A stretch of DNA of 64,000 nucleotides from Dictyostelium discoideum (Eukaryota). The notes under the pieces were generated by a model. The model saw nothing but the letters and a program-made list of their open reading frames with translations. It ran no database searches and was not told the DNA's origin. Below, piece after piece: positions 34,614-47,178 of the stretch. The stretch is taken from positions 1,920,001 to 1,984,000 of the forward strand of contig CM000154.2 of NCBI GenBank assembly GCA_000004695.1, given 5' to 3'. The position numbers were made by a program, and so were the translations under genes. Numbering within the stretch: position 1 is the stretch's first letter; each line of letters starts with the position of its first letter.

Positions 34614-35245
34614 ATGGCAACTATTATGGATTTTTTATTACGTCAAGGTTTAAATGTTCCAGTTGGATATTCATCAGTTGGTAGTCAATCAACATCGTCA
34701 TCATCAACTTCAATTCCAATGGATAGTTCATTAAGAAATGTTGATTATTTACCAGAAATTGATATCACTGAAACCAAAGATTCTTTAATTATTGAATGTG
34801 AATTGGCTGGTGTATTAAAAGAAGATATCTCTATTGAAGTAGCTGAATCTAAATTAATTATCAAAGGTGATAAAAAGAGATATGCCTATAGAAGACCAAA
34901 TCAATCTTGGTCATATGATGATAAAAACCAAATTTCACAATCCTCTAAAATCTCTGAACAATCAAGTGGAGCTGATCAATGGCAACATAGTAATGATCCA
35001 AATGTAGATTCTCAATCAAATCTAAATATGCCATCATCTAAACAAGATCCAAATGTTCAACAATCTCGAGTTGGAAATGTACCAGAATCAAAAGTAAATA
35101 GAAATGACACTACTGAACCTAATTTACCATCTCAACCTTTCCAATCTGATATGAATCCATCATCATCATCATCATCAATTGAAAAACAACAAATCCCAAA
35201 TGTTAGTCATCCATCATTTCAACAATGGTCTGGTCAACCACAACC

Positions 35246-35315
<70 letters not shown>

Positions 35316-36782
35316 CCATTTGAACAACAATCACAACAACAATCAAATTTAAATGATCCTATGCAAAGACAAGATTCAAAAGAAATTTCTCAACCATCTG
35401 AATTACAAAGATCAAATTTTGGCGAATCAAGTGTAAATCAACCATCCTCTTCTTCTTCTTCTTTACTTGGATCAGATAATAGTCAATCAAATGTTGATTT
35501 ACCATCCTCAAGATCTGTTGAACCACAAAGACCAAATGTTAGTGATTCAGATACTAACCAAGGATATTCACAATCTGTAGAACAAAGACTTGGTAATACT
35601 CAACAGCAATCATCACAATTACCACAACAACAACAACAACAACAAGATCAACCAAGATCAAATGTAAATGAACCTTCTTTTCAACAATGGTCTTCTCAAC
35701 AAGATCAACATAGATCAAATGTTAATGATCCTTCTTCTCAACAATGGTCTTCTCAACCATCTGAACAACAACAAAAATCAAATATTAGTGAATCAAATGT
35801 TAGTCAACCATCATCTACACAATTTGTTGAAAATATTCCAAGTAATTTAGAACAATTACCTCAACAAGAGCAACAAAGATCAAATGGAAATGAACCTTCT
35901 TCTCAACCATGGTCTTCTCAACCATCTGAACAACAAAGATCCAACATAAATGAACCTCCTTCTCAACAATGGTCATCTAAACAAGATCAACAAAGATCAA
36001 ATGTTAATGACCCTTCTTCTCAACAATGGTCATCTCGACCATCTGAACAACAACAACAACAACAAAAACCAAATATTGGCGAATTAAATGTTAATCAAGC
36101 ATCATCTGATGTATGTTCTGGTCCATCAGTATCAGAAACTAGAAAACAATTTGAAGAAAACTATCTTAATGAACAACAAAGACAACCACAACAACAAGAT
36201 TTAAGTTCATTACATAAAGATGAAAAGAAACCATCGTCATCATCAGTTTCTCAAACTGCTCAATTATTTGAACCAAATAAACGCGAAGAACAAAGAAAAG
36301 ATAAACCAGAAGAAAAGAAATTCGATTCTGATATAATTAAATCATCTGAACCAACAAATGTTGAATCAATTGAAAATAAAGATTGGATACAACAAAAACC
36401 ACAAGAACAACAACAAGAGCCAAGAGAAATTTCTTCAACAGAAACATCAAATCTTCAACAACCAATGGAAAGACAAATCAATACTGAAACTCCAAAAGAA
36501 CAACAAGTATCACCTCAACAACAACAACCTCAACAACAACAACAACCTCAACAACAACAACAACCTCAACAACAACAACCTCAACCTCAACAACAACAAC
36601 AAGAAAGAAAATATATCTCTGAAAGAACTTTTGGACATTTTAAGAGAACAATGGACCTTTCCAAGATGTTATATCGTTTAAATTTAAGAGAAGAAGTTCA
36701 AACTCATTTCGTTAATGGTCTTTTAATCATTATACTCAATAAGAAACCATTTGAACCATCAATTAAAATTCCAGTAAATTAA
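34614..36782 (+). CDS. small heat-shock protein (Hsp20/alpha-crystallin domain) split by an about 560-aa Q/S/N-rich low-complexity insertion
   Basis: The N-terminal part [44 protein letters not shown] matches the first half of an alpha-crystallin domain (DxxETxDxxxxxxxLPGxxKEDIxVEVxxxxLxIxGE). The C-terminal part [44 protein letters not shown] matches the second half (RxERxxGxFxRxFxLP...IxAxxxNGVLxIxxPK). The insert contains repeated RSNVN(D/E)[14 protein letters not shown] units and (CAA)n. Confidence 0.7.
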
Positions 36783-36942
36783 AAATTAAAAAAAAAAAAA
36801 AATTATATATATATTAATAATAGATCAAACCAAAAATAGAATGTATAAAAATAGATTTTTTAAATAAATAAATAGATAAAAAAAAAAAAATATATATTAA
36901 TTGTTTTTATTATTATTATGTGTTGTTTTTTTTTTTTTTTTT

Positions 36943-38443
36943 CTATTCAGATTTCTTCTTTTTTAAAGATAGTTTTTCATTTTTATAAAGTTTATCTTGT
37001 TGATCAATCCATTGATCAATATCAACCCATTTACGTAATAACCAGTCAATTCTTTCTTGTTTAGTCTTTGGAATATCTTTATATTTAATTTGTTCAAATT
37101 TAATTTTTACAACTCTATTACATAACTCACCATTCATCATTTGTCCAAAATCTGATGATGCTTCCATACCAAAATGAGAACAGAATAACTGAAAAAAAAA
37201 AAGATATTAGTAAATTTAAAAAAAAGAAAAAAAAAAAAAAAAATATATTAATAAAATTATAAATAATATTTACAATATCACCACATGGATTTGCTTCTAA
37301 AAGTGATAAAACACCACCAACTCTTGGTAATAATGTATGTTTAAGATTTGATGCTAATTCATAATTTTTAGTATCATTCTTTTTCTTAAAACTTTCTAAA
37401 ACTTTTTCTCTCTTTGATTTTGAAAATCTTGTACCTAATAAAAAAAAAATTATTATAATAATATTATATTATTAAAATTAAAAATCCAATTATATATTTT
37501 AAATAAATAATTTTTTTTTTTTTTTAAAAAAATTACCTTCTGGCCAAATACAAGTTACATCTGGTTCAGTTGGTTTAAAATCTGATACCATTGATTTAAT
37601 AGCTTCAATTTCAACCTCCATTCCATCTGTACCTGCATCTCTAAATAAGAAAAAGTTTGGTGTTCTTGAACCAGAAACATCAAGTGCTGGATCCCATAAT
37701 AATTCTTTCTTTACAATATATCTCATATGATAAAATAATGAAAAAATACCTCTTTTTTTAATATATTATTATTATTATTATTAAAAAAAAATTAAATTAG
37801 TAAAATAAAAAATAAATTTTTTTTTTTTTTTTTTAAAAAAAAAAACATACTGTGGTACTAAAGTATCAGCAAATGAGGCATGTCTCGAAAAGATAATTTT
37901 TGGACCAATACCTAAAGAATCAGCTAATCTCTTTTTGAAACCTTTATCATAGTAATGAGCAATGAAAGATGAATTGACATCACCAGCAACTTCAATTTGA
38001 ACATCAATACCCAAGAGATAACAACTCCAACCAAATAACATTTCACCACCCCACCAAGATTGATACCAATAGTTCCAACGGAAGAAACGTGCTTTACCAG
38101 GATCACTTACAACTAGTAATGATAATAAATGAATAAAGTAGATTAAAAATGTTGAAATCAATGCAATTAATTCTATGAATAAATAGGATTCAAAGAATGT
38201 TAAAATTCTAACATAATTTAATCCTCTACGACGTTTGTAATGATATAAATCCAATGCTAATGCTACAATTGCTAACACTGGGAATAATAATGTGAGTACT
38301 ACCAACACTATCAAAATTAATGAAATTGAAATACTTCTTCTATTCCATTTCTCTAACCATAAACGAAATCCACTATTAAATTCACTTGAGTATCTACCAT
38401 AATCATGTAAATATCTTTTCTTTGGTATTCTTTGTTTTGGTGG

Positions 38444-38492
<49 letters not shown>

Positions 38493-38596
38493 GATGTTGT
38501 TGAAGTTGAAGTTGTTAATGGTTCCATTATTTTATTAATATTATTATTTGTATTAATATTATTACTACCACTACTATTATAACTAATAATATTCAC
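36943..38596 (-). CDS. lysophospholipid acyltransferase (AGPAT/LCLAT-like, PlsC family), at least 4 exons
   Basis: Exon 1 (ORF 37781..38596, donor CCACA|GTATGT near 37852) contains the HxxxxD motif IIFSRHASFADTLVP. The next exon (ORF 37499..37726) encodes KKELLWDP...LFRDAGTDG...CIWPEG (the FPEGTR-like motif). Further exons at about 37268-37440 (TRFSKSKREKVLESF...LPRVGGVLSLL) and 36943..37167 (acyltransferase C-terminal region). The N-terminus carries a poly-Ser tract (GAT/GAA-encoded) and TM helices. Confidence 0.75.
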
Positions 38597-39110
38597 AGTA
38601 TAATTTAATAATAAACACTTTTAATTAATATGATAAAAAAAAAATTAAAAAATTAAAAAATAAAAAAATAAAAAAAAAAGAGAAAAAATATAAAAAAAAA
38701 AAATAAAAAAAAAGCAAAAAAAAAAAAAAAAAAAAAAATTTTAAAAAATGAGCACATGTTACACCAAAAAAAGATTCTTTTTTTATATTTTTTAAAAAAT
38801 ATCTTTTTTTTTATTTTGACCAATATTTTTTTTAAAAAGGTATTTTGTCACACAAAAAATAAAATATGATTTTTTTTTTTAAAATTTTTTTTTTTTTTTT
38901 TTTTCAAGAAAATATTCTGCAAAGATAAACATTAGATTAAAAAAAAAAAAACATTAGATTTAAAAACTTTTTGATTAAAAAAAAAAAGTTGTAAAAGAAA
39001 TAATTAATTCTTTAATTGATTATTTTTTTTTTAACACCAAAAACAATATCTAATTTTTTTTTTTTTTTTATTTTATTTTATTTTTATTTTATTTTATTTT
39101 TTTTTTTTTT

Positions 39111-39596
39111 TTAAATAATTAATTCCATCATTGTATCACAACGACTATAGACTGAGCTATGAAGAGGAATTAATTTAAAACCTAATTTTTCATATAATTT
39201 AATTGCTGGTGTTAAAATTGAATTTGTTTCCAAAAATAATTTTTTGGCATTTAATTCTTGTTTTGCTTTATTGATTAATGATTGTCCTAATAAGAAACCA
39301 ATTTGTTTTCCTTTTGCTTTTGGTGTTACAGACATTTTAGCAAGCTCATAACAAAACTTTTCAGGCTCTTCTGATTTTAAAAGTGCACATGTTCCAACGA
39401 CCTCTCCATTTAAAATTGCAAATATAATATGACCACCTTTATTTAAAATGTTTTCTTCAGGATTTTCCAATACTTTAATATCCTCCTCTTCCATTTTAAA
39501 ATATTGTGATATCCATTCAACACTTAAATTTTTAAAATTTTCTTTATACTTTGATTCATATGGTACAATTTTAATTTCATCATTTGTTTCAATCAT
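39111..39596 (-). CDS. GNAT-family N-acetyltransferase
   Basis: ORF with probable start MIETNDEIKIV. The acetyl-CoA-binding region is VVGTCALLK...ELAKMSVTPKAKGKQIGFLLGQSLINKAK (GNAT motif A, Q/RxxGxG/A-like) followed by LETNSILTPAIKLYEKLGF (motif B). Confidence 0.75.
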   Translation of the reverse strand: MIETNDEIKIVPYESKYKENFKNLSVEWISQYFKMEEEDIKVLENPEENILNKGGHIIFAILNGEVVGTCALLKSEEPEKFCYELAKMSVTPKAKGKQIGFLLGQSLINKAKQELNAKKLFLETNSILTPAIKLYEKLGFKLIPLHSSVYSRCDTMMELII

Positions 39597-39852
39597 TTTT
39601 TTTTTTTTTTTTTGATATTTGATTTTTGATTTTTTTTTAAACAATTTTCAAACCAAAAAAAAAAAAAAAAAAACAAAACAATGACAAAAAAAACAAAACA
39701 AAAAAATGAAAAAAAAAAAAATAAAAATAAAAAAAAAAAAAATTTAGGATGACGTTAAACTTACTTTTACATTTGATTTAAATTCTTTTGACAATTCCAT
39801 TTAATTATATTTAATTAATTATTATCAACTTTTTAATAAATAATTGATTATC

Positions 39853-39898
<46 letters not shown>

Positions 39899-40862
39899 TT
39901 TTTTTTTAAACAATTATAATACCCCCAAAAAAAAAAAAAATTAAATTAATTAAAAATAATTAAAAAAATTTGGTCCAAAAAAAAAAGAAAAAAAAAAAAC
40001 AATTAACTTTCCAAAGTTCGCAATTAAGAATTCAAATAAAAAAAATTAAAAATTTTAAAAAAATAAAAAAAAAAAAAAAAATATTTATCAATAAATTCCT
40101 AATTTCTTAAATTTTTTTTTTTTTTTATTTTAGTGATTTTCTTTGATTGACCTTTTTATCACATGTGCTCAATTCCATTTAATAGCCACACACATAAATA
40201 AATATCTTAAAAAAAAAAAAAAAAAAACGGCTTTTTTTTTTTTTAAATTATTTTTTTTTTTTTAAATTATTTTTTTATTTTTTTTTGAATTTTTTGATTT
40301 TTCTTTTTTTTTTTTTTTTACATAACATTATACGTCAACTTTTTTTTTTTTTTTAAACAATAAAAATTTTGATTATTTCTTTTTTACTTTTTTTTTTTTT
40401 TCTTTTTTTATATACCCATTTTCTCTTCATTGTTTTATATATTTTCTTTTTTTTTTTTTTTTTTTTTATACAAAGGATCCTACATAATTCATAAAAAGAA
40501 GAAGAAAAAAAAAAAAAAAGTATGTATCCAAAATACAGATATTTATTGATTTTTTTACTTTTTTTAAAAATGACGTAGTGAAACCAAAAAAAATATTATT
40601 TATATAATGAAAAAAATAAAAAAGTGGAAAAATAAAAAAATAAAAAAAATATCTCTCACTTTCACAAAAAAAAAAAAATAAAATAAATATCTCTCACTTT
40701 CACAAAAAAAAAAATAAAAAAAATAAAAATAAAAATAATATCAAAAAATTAAAATAATATCAAAAAAATATACAATTAAATGAATAAAATAAAAATAATA
40801 TCAAAAACATATAATTAAATGAATAAAATAAAAAAAAGATCAAACAACAATGAACCAACACA

Positions 40863-40898
<36 letters not shown>

Positions 40899-41584
40899 AA
40901 AAAAAAATAAATAAATAAAATAATTATAAAATAAAAATTCTTACTTTTAAAAGGTTTTGTTTTGTTTTGTTTTTTTTTTTTTTTTTTTAATTGTTAAATA
41001 ATAACCTTCTCAAAAAGTTTATAAATCTATAAATAGTGTCATTGTTTTTTATGCTCTTTATCAAACCAAAGTAATAAAAAAAAAAAAAAAAAAAAAAACT
41101 GGAAAAAAAAAAAAAAAAAAAAAAGATATTATTATTTATAATAATAGTAATAATATCAAAATTTTTGTGATATTAAAAATGGGGCTAAAATTGGAACGCA
41201 CAAAAAAGGGAATGTGTGTGATGGTGTGGGTTTTGGGAAACCTTTTTTTTTTTTTTTTTTTTTTTTTTATTTTTTTTATTTTTTTTTTCCAATTTTTTTT
41301 TTATGGGCCTCCACCTTTTTTTTTTTTTTATTTTTTGGGAAAATTTTTTTTTTCAAAATTTTTTTTATTTTTTTTTTTAAAATTTTCCTAATAATAGAAT
41401 TGTGATATCATTTTTTTCACTTCAAATAATTATATGTATGTTGGTAAAACAATTTCATTTTTTTTTTTTTTTTATATAAATTTTTATTTTTTTATTTTTT
41501 ATTTGTTTAAAATTTTATAATTATTTATTTTTTTTTAATATCTTTTATTAATTATCTAAAAAAAAAAAAAAAATCTTTTTTGAT

Positions 41585-41621
<37 letters not shown>

Positions 41622-41652
41622 CTTTTAATCAAAAAAAAAAAAAAAAACAAAA

Positions 41653-41684
<32 letters not shown>

Positions 41685-42029
41685 CTTTTTTTTTTTTATT
41701 TTTTTCAAATTATTTTTATTTTTAAAATAAAAAATTAAAAAAAAAAAAAAAAAAATTGTTACTGATATTTGTTTTTTTTCCCTTTCCATAACGACAGTTA
41801 CCCAACCTACTCGTCAATATTGATATAACAATTATAAGAATAAATAATAATAAAATATTAAAAGAATAAATAATAATAATAATAAAAATAATAATAAAAA
41901 AAACAAGTGTACAATAGAAATAATTTACAAAAAAAAAAAAAAAAATAAAAAATAAAAATATCAAACACTTTTTTTTTTTTTTTTTTTTTTTTCTAAAAGC
42001 CAACACTCCACACAACTTTAAAAATCTTA

Positions 42030-42062
<33 letters not shown>

Positions 42063-42157
42063 TAATAATAGTGTATTAATATTAATAAAAAAAATAAACA
42101 CAAAAATAAATTAGAGAGGAGAAAGAAAATAAAAAAAAAAAAAAAAAAATAAAAAAG

Positions 42158-42388
42158 ATGAATAACCAATTAGTTCCACAAAATGCAGCAGCCGCAGCCG
42201 CAGCCGCAGCCGCAGCAGCAGCAGCAGCAGCAGCAAATAGTTTAAAATCAAGAAAACCATATACAATCTCAAAACAAAGAGAAAATTGGACAGATGAAGA
42301 ACATCAAAAGTTTTTAGAAGCTTTGACATTATTTGACAGAGATTGGAAAAAGATTGAATCTTTTGTTGGTAGTAAAACAGTTATACAG
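42158..42388 (+). CDS. SHAQKYF-class (CCA1/RVE-like) single-repeat Myb transcription factor, exon 1
   Basis: Encodes MNNQLVPQN(A)17[51 protein letters not shown], with a GC-rich (GCA/GCC)n poly-Ala tract. The donor CAG|GTATGT is at 42389. Confidence 0.85.
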
Positions 42389-42452
42389 GTATGTTTTTTA
42401 TATTATTTTAGTAATTTTAAAATTATATAGATTTACAGAAATAGAGAGAGAG

Positions 42453-42485
<33 letters not shown>

Positions 42486-42527
42486 ATTTAAAAATTAATA
42501 AATATATATATTTTAAATATTTAATAG

Positions 42528-43203
42528 ATTAGAAGTCATGCACAAAAATATTTTATAAAAGTTCAAAAAAACAATACAGGTGAAAGAATACCACCACCAA
42601 GACCAAAAAGAAAATCAATTCAACCATATCCACAAAAACAAAAACATGATGGAATGGGAGCATTTATACCAGATTCATTATCGGGTAATCACTTTATAAG
42701 TAGTTCATCATTTGCAACATGGATGACCTATAGAGGATTAATGCCAAATATATCGGAATCACAAATTAATCCAAGTGATCTTCAAAAACAATTGGAACAA
42801 TTACAACAGGCCCAACAATATATTCAACAAGCCGTTACAACTGCACAGAGTTCACAAAGAAATGGTGGGTTACCACCAAATCCTTCAAGTAATAATGGTG
42901 GTACCACTCTAACACCAAACTTTCCAAAAATCTATGCATTCCTTTCAAATCTATTCGAATCAAATGGTACCTCTTTCACTGAGGCTTTATCAGATCTATC
43001 AATGATTGATCGTGAAACAATGCAAATTCTAATGCATAATTTAGCAATCAATCTTGCAAATCAACAATATAGAGATAATCATCAAACACTTTCTGAACAA
43101 TATAGAATGAAAAGAGATGAGGATGAAGATTTAAATGCCATTATGATTTCACCAAGAAATTCAACTGGAAATATAAATGTCTCTGGTGATTTTTATGATA
43201 ATA

Positions 43204-43246
<43 letters not shown>

Positions 43247-43280
43247 TAATAATAATAATAATAATAACAACAATAATAAC

Positions 43281-43359
<79 letters not shown>

Positions 43360-43568
43360 GTGGTGATTTTGGTGATCAAAACCATTCAAATATGGTTAAT
43401 TTAGGAAACTATTATAATAATCATCCAAATCAAAATACTATTAATGCTTTATATTCTTTAAATCAACCTTCAACACTTTCAAATAATCCTTTAAATATGG
43501 TGGGAAATTTAAATCCTCAAAAACAACCACCTTTTAATTTAAATCTAAATATGCAATCTGGTTTTTAA
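42528..43568 (+). CDS. SHAQKYF-class Myb transcription factor, exon 2
   Basis: The acceptor aatag| at 42527 is in frame with exon 1. It begins IRSHAQKYFIKVQK (the diagnostic SHAQKYF motif) and continues into ORF 42654..43568. An (AAT)n tract at 43196-43360 encodes an about 55-residue poly-Asn run. Confidence 0.85.
43196..43360 (+). repeat. coding (AAT)n microsatellite (poly-Asn)
   Basis: Visible aataataat... run with occasional aac. It generates spurious antisense ORFs at 43141..43404. Confidence 0.9.
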
Positions 43569-44054
43569 AAAAAAAAAAAAAACAGAACCAAAAAAAAAAA
43601 AAAAAGAAAAAAAAGAAAAAAAAAAAAAAAAAAAAAAAATAGAATATGTATTTATTTTTTTAAACTCTTTCGTAAAAAGTAAAAAAAAAAAAAAGTAATC
43701 AAGAAAATTTCGAAATTTAAACAAAACAAAAAAAGTATTTTTTTTAAAGTGAATGTAAAATAAATAAAATAATTTAAAAAAAAAAAAAAAAAAAAAAAAC
43801 CCCCAATTTTAAATTTTTTTTTGATCTTTTTTTTTTTTGTGCGAATCAAAGAAAAGTCTTTTTTTGTGCAAATCAAAAAAAAAAAAATTAATAATTTTAT
43901 TTTTTTTTTTTTTAATTTTTTTTTTTTTTTTTTTCCATCAAAAACAGATTGAAAAAAAAAAATTTTAAAAAAACAAAAAAAAAAAAATTTTCAACTATTT
44001 TAATTTGTTTTTTTTTTTTATTAATCTAAACACATTTTAAAAAAAAAAGATAAA

Positions 44055-44845
44055 ATGGGTCAAGGAAATTCTAAATTATCAAGTGATGATATTAAAAAAA
44101 TAATGAGCAAAACTAATTATACTAGTGAGCAAGTTAGTCAAATCTTAAAGGATTATCAATCAGTTAATCAAGATAGTAAAGGTCTTTCATTGGAAGAGTT
44201 TAAATCATTCTTTTCAATTAGATTTAAAGATTATGATGATGCTTCAATTTTACATATGTTCAAAATTTTCGATAGCGATAAAGTATTTATTTTTTATTTT
44301 ATTTTTAAAATTTTCTATTTTTTTTTATTATTATTTTAAAACACAAAATTGACTAAAAAATTATTATTATTATTATTATTATTATTATTTTAATTTTAGA
44401 ATGGTAGAATTAGTTTTAAAGAATTTGTTGGGTAATTATTATTATTATTATATTATTATTATTATATTATTATTATATTATTATTTTATTAACAATATAT
44501 ATATATTTTTTTTTAATTATAATTTATAGTGCATTATTTATAATTACAAAATCACCAGTTTCAGATAAACTTTCATTTTTATTCGATATGTTTGATCGTG
44601 ATTTAAATGGATATTTAGATTTAGAGGAAAGTTATAATATCCTTAAATTAGCATTAAATACAAGTGTTGGTTTAGGTTTCGATGTTAGTCAAGCTGGAAG
44701 TTTTGCTGAAGGTTTATTAAATAGTATGAATAGAAATTCACATGGTGGTATTACAAAAGAAGAATTCATTAAAAAAGCCTCTGTCAATGATACCTTTGTT
44801 AGAATGTTATGTTTATATCAAAGCTATGATACTTTATTATACTAA
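44055..44845 (+). CDS. N-myristoylated EF-hand calcium-binding protein (calcineurin-B / neuronal-calcium-sensor-like), 3 exons
   Basis: Exons 44055..44282, 44400..44431 and 44530..44845 are joined by GTATTT/GTAATT donors and TTTTAG/TTTATAG acceptors, and the frame is verified across the junctions. MGQGNSK is a myristoylation consensus. EF-hand loops are DSDKNGRISFKEF (split by intron 1) and DRDLNGYLDLEE. Confidence 0.8.
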
Positions 44846-45078
44846 AAAAATAATAAAATAATAAAAAAATAAAATAATAAAAAAAAAAGATAATCATGGA
44901 ACAGTGGTATTGGTAAAATAAAATAAAAGTGCAATGATTACAAAAATCTGTAAATTGAAAAAAAATAAAAATAAATTAAAAAAATTTAAAACAAACATAA
45001 AATACCTATTTTTTACATTTTTAAATATTTTATAATATTTTATTATAATTATTATCATTATTATTATTATTATTATTA

Positions 45079-45121
<43 letters not shown>

Positions 45122-45192
45122 AGGGGAGGGTAGCAGTTATTTAGTATGGTTTTTCATTTTTTTTTATTTTTTTTTTTAGTCGGTTATTCAAT

Positions 45193-45318
45193 TTATTGTT
45201 GTTTGACATGATCAATCTTTTCAACTTTAACTTGACCATCGATTAACTTGTAGATATAAACTGTAATATTATTACTTTGTACATCCATTAAAACAAAAGA
45301 TGGGATGACATCACTATG

Positions 45319-45356
<38 letters not shown>

Positions 45357-46338
45357 GTTAGTAAGAGTTTCCAGGTTTTTTTTTTATTATTTTTATAAAT
45401 TTAAAAATAAACATACTTTGAAATATTACTAAAAGCACCAGTTGCAGAACCTGGATTAACAAAAAGTTTACCATTTGATTCAAAAACTTCGAGTACATGA
45501 GTATGACCACTAATAAGAACATCAACATCTAATTGTCTTTGAAGAGCAGCTAAAGATGCTCTATCACCCCAAGGTACAATTTGGTGACCATGACAAAGAC
45601 CAAATTTAAATTGTCCAATTGAAACGATTTTAGTATCTGGATAAGAAGTGTTCTAAATTTTTTTTTTTCGAGTGTGTTTATTTTTATTTTTTAAATTCCA
45701 AAAATTAATAATCATTGTGCGCCATTGTATTTTATATTATTTTTGAATATATCCTTATATTCAAATCATTTGTCCAATTCTTCTTTTTTTTTTTTTTTTT
45801 TTTTTGTTTGACCTGTTTTTTTTATTTTTCATTATTATTAATATTATTATTATTATTATTATTTACATACCTCGTCTAAATCACCTCTAACAATATGAAC
45901 ATCACTTGTTAAAACTTTGAAATAATCATGAATTTCTTTTGAAACTAAATTACCTGTACAAAGAATGTGTTGAATTTTCTCTGGAACCTAATTATATAAT
46001 TTTTATTTATTTATTTATATTAATAAATATTAAATATTTAAAATAAAGTACTTGGAACTAGGGAAGTTGATTAAAAAAATAATAAAAATAAAAATAAAAA
46101 TAAAAATAAAAATAAAATTGATTTATACATACTAAAAGTTTTTTGAACTCTGGTGGAATACCATAAGATCTGTGTGGAACGTGTACATCACCAATTGCAA
46201 TAATAAACTATATAAAAAGTTATAAAAAGTGGTTTAAATATGAGTTATTAGAAATGGTTACTAATTTTATTATTATCATCATTATTGTTATTATTATTAT
46301 CATTATTATTATTATTAATATCTTAAAAATTATACCAT
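45193..46338 (-). CDS. vps29: VPS29 retromer subunit (calcineurin-like metallophosphoesterase fold), 5 exons including an ATG-only first exon
   Basis: Minus-strand exons at about 46129..46212 ([25 protein letters not shown]), 45866..45982 ([39 protein letters not shown]), about 45418..45654 ([74 protein letters not shown]) and the terminal exon 45193..about 45318 ([41 protein letters not shown]). The proposed initiator ATG is at 46336-46338, followed by GTATAA. Confidence 0.8.
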
Positions 46339-46599
46339 TTCGTGTAATATATATAAAAATATTTATTTTAAAAAAAAAAAAAATATATGAAATAAAAAAA
46401 AAAAAAAAAAAAAAAAATCAAAAGAATTTTTTTTTTTTATTTTTTTTTTATTTTTTTATTTTTTTTTTATGGCATTTTCCTCAAATCCTTTCATTTTTTT
46501 TTTTTATTTTTTAATTTATTTTATTTTATTTTTTTTTATATTGTTTAAAAACAAGGTCAAGATTTAATTAATTTATTTTTTCGATTGAAATTAAAAAAT

Positions 46600-46630
<31 letters not shown>

Positions 46631-47178
46631 TCAAAAATTAAAGGTAACTTTAATTCTATTCTTTTTTTTTTTTTTTTTAAAATAAAACAATAAAATTAAT
46701 GAAAATAAAAAAATTAACTAATTCTTTTTTTTTTAAAATAAAACAATAAAATTAATAAAAATAAAAAAATTAACTAATTCTTTTTTTTTTTTTTTTTATA
46801 AAAAAAATTTTTTTTTTAAAATCTATTCTTTCTTTAAAATAAAAAACAATCACAAAAATTAAAAAAGAAAGTGAAAAAAAAAAAAAAAAAAAAAAATCTA
46901 TAATTAAACTATTGGGAATGGTCCAAAAAAAAAAAAAAAATTACCAAAATTATTGGTTGAACTGAAAAAAAAAAAAAGTGGGGTATTCTATGAAAATATC
47001 TCTAAAGATTTTGGTCAATTTATTTTTTTGGTAGTTTTACCCTATTTAATTTTTTTTTTTTATGGTAATATTAAAAGGAATATTTTTTTTTTTTTATGGT
47101 AACATTAAAAGGAATTTTTTTTTTCTACCAATCATTATTTTTTTTATCAAATAAATAAATAATAAACAAACATATACA

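Noticed and set aside
43141-43404. Three overlapping ORFs encoding poly-Y/I
   Set aside because: Alternative frames of the (AAT)n poly-Asn tract inside the Myb gene.
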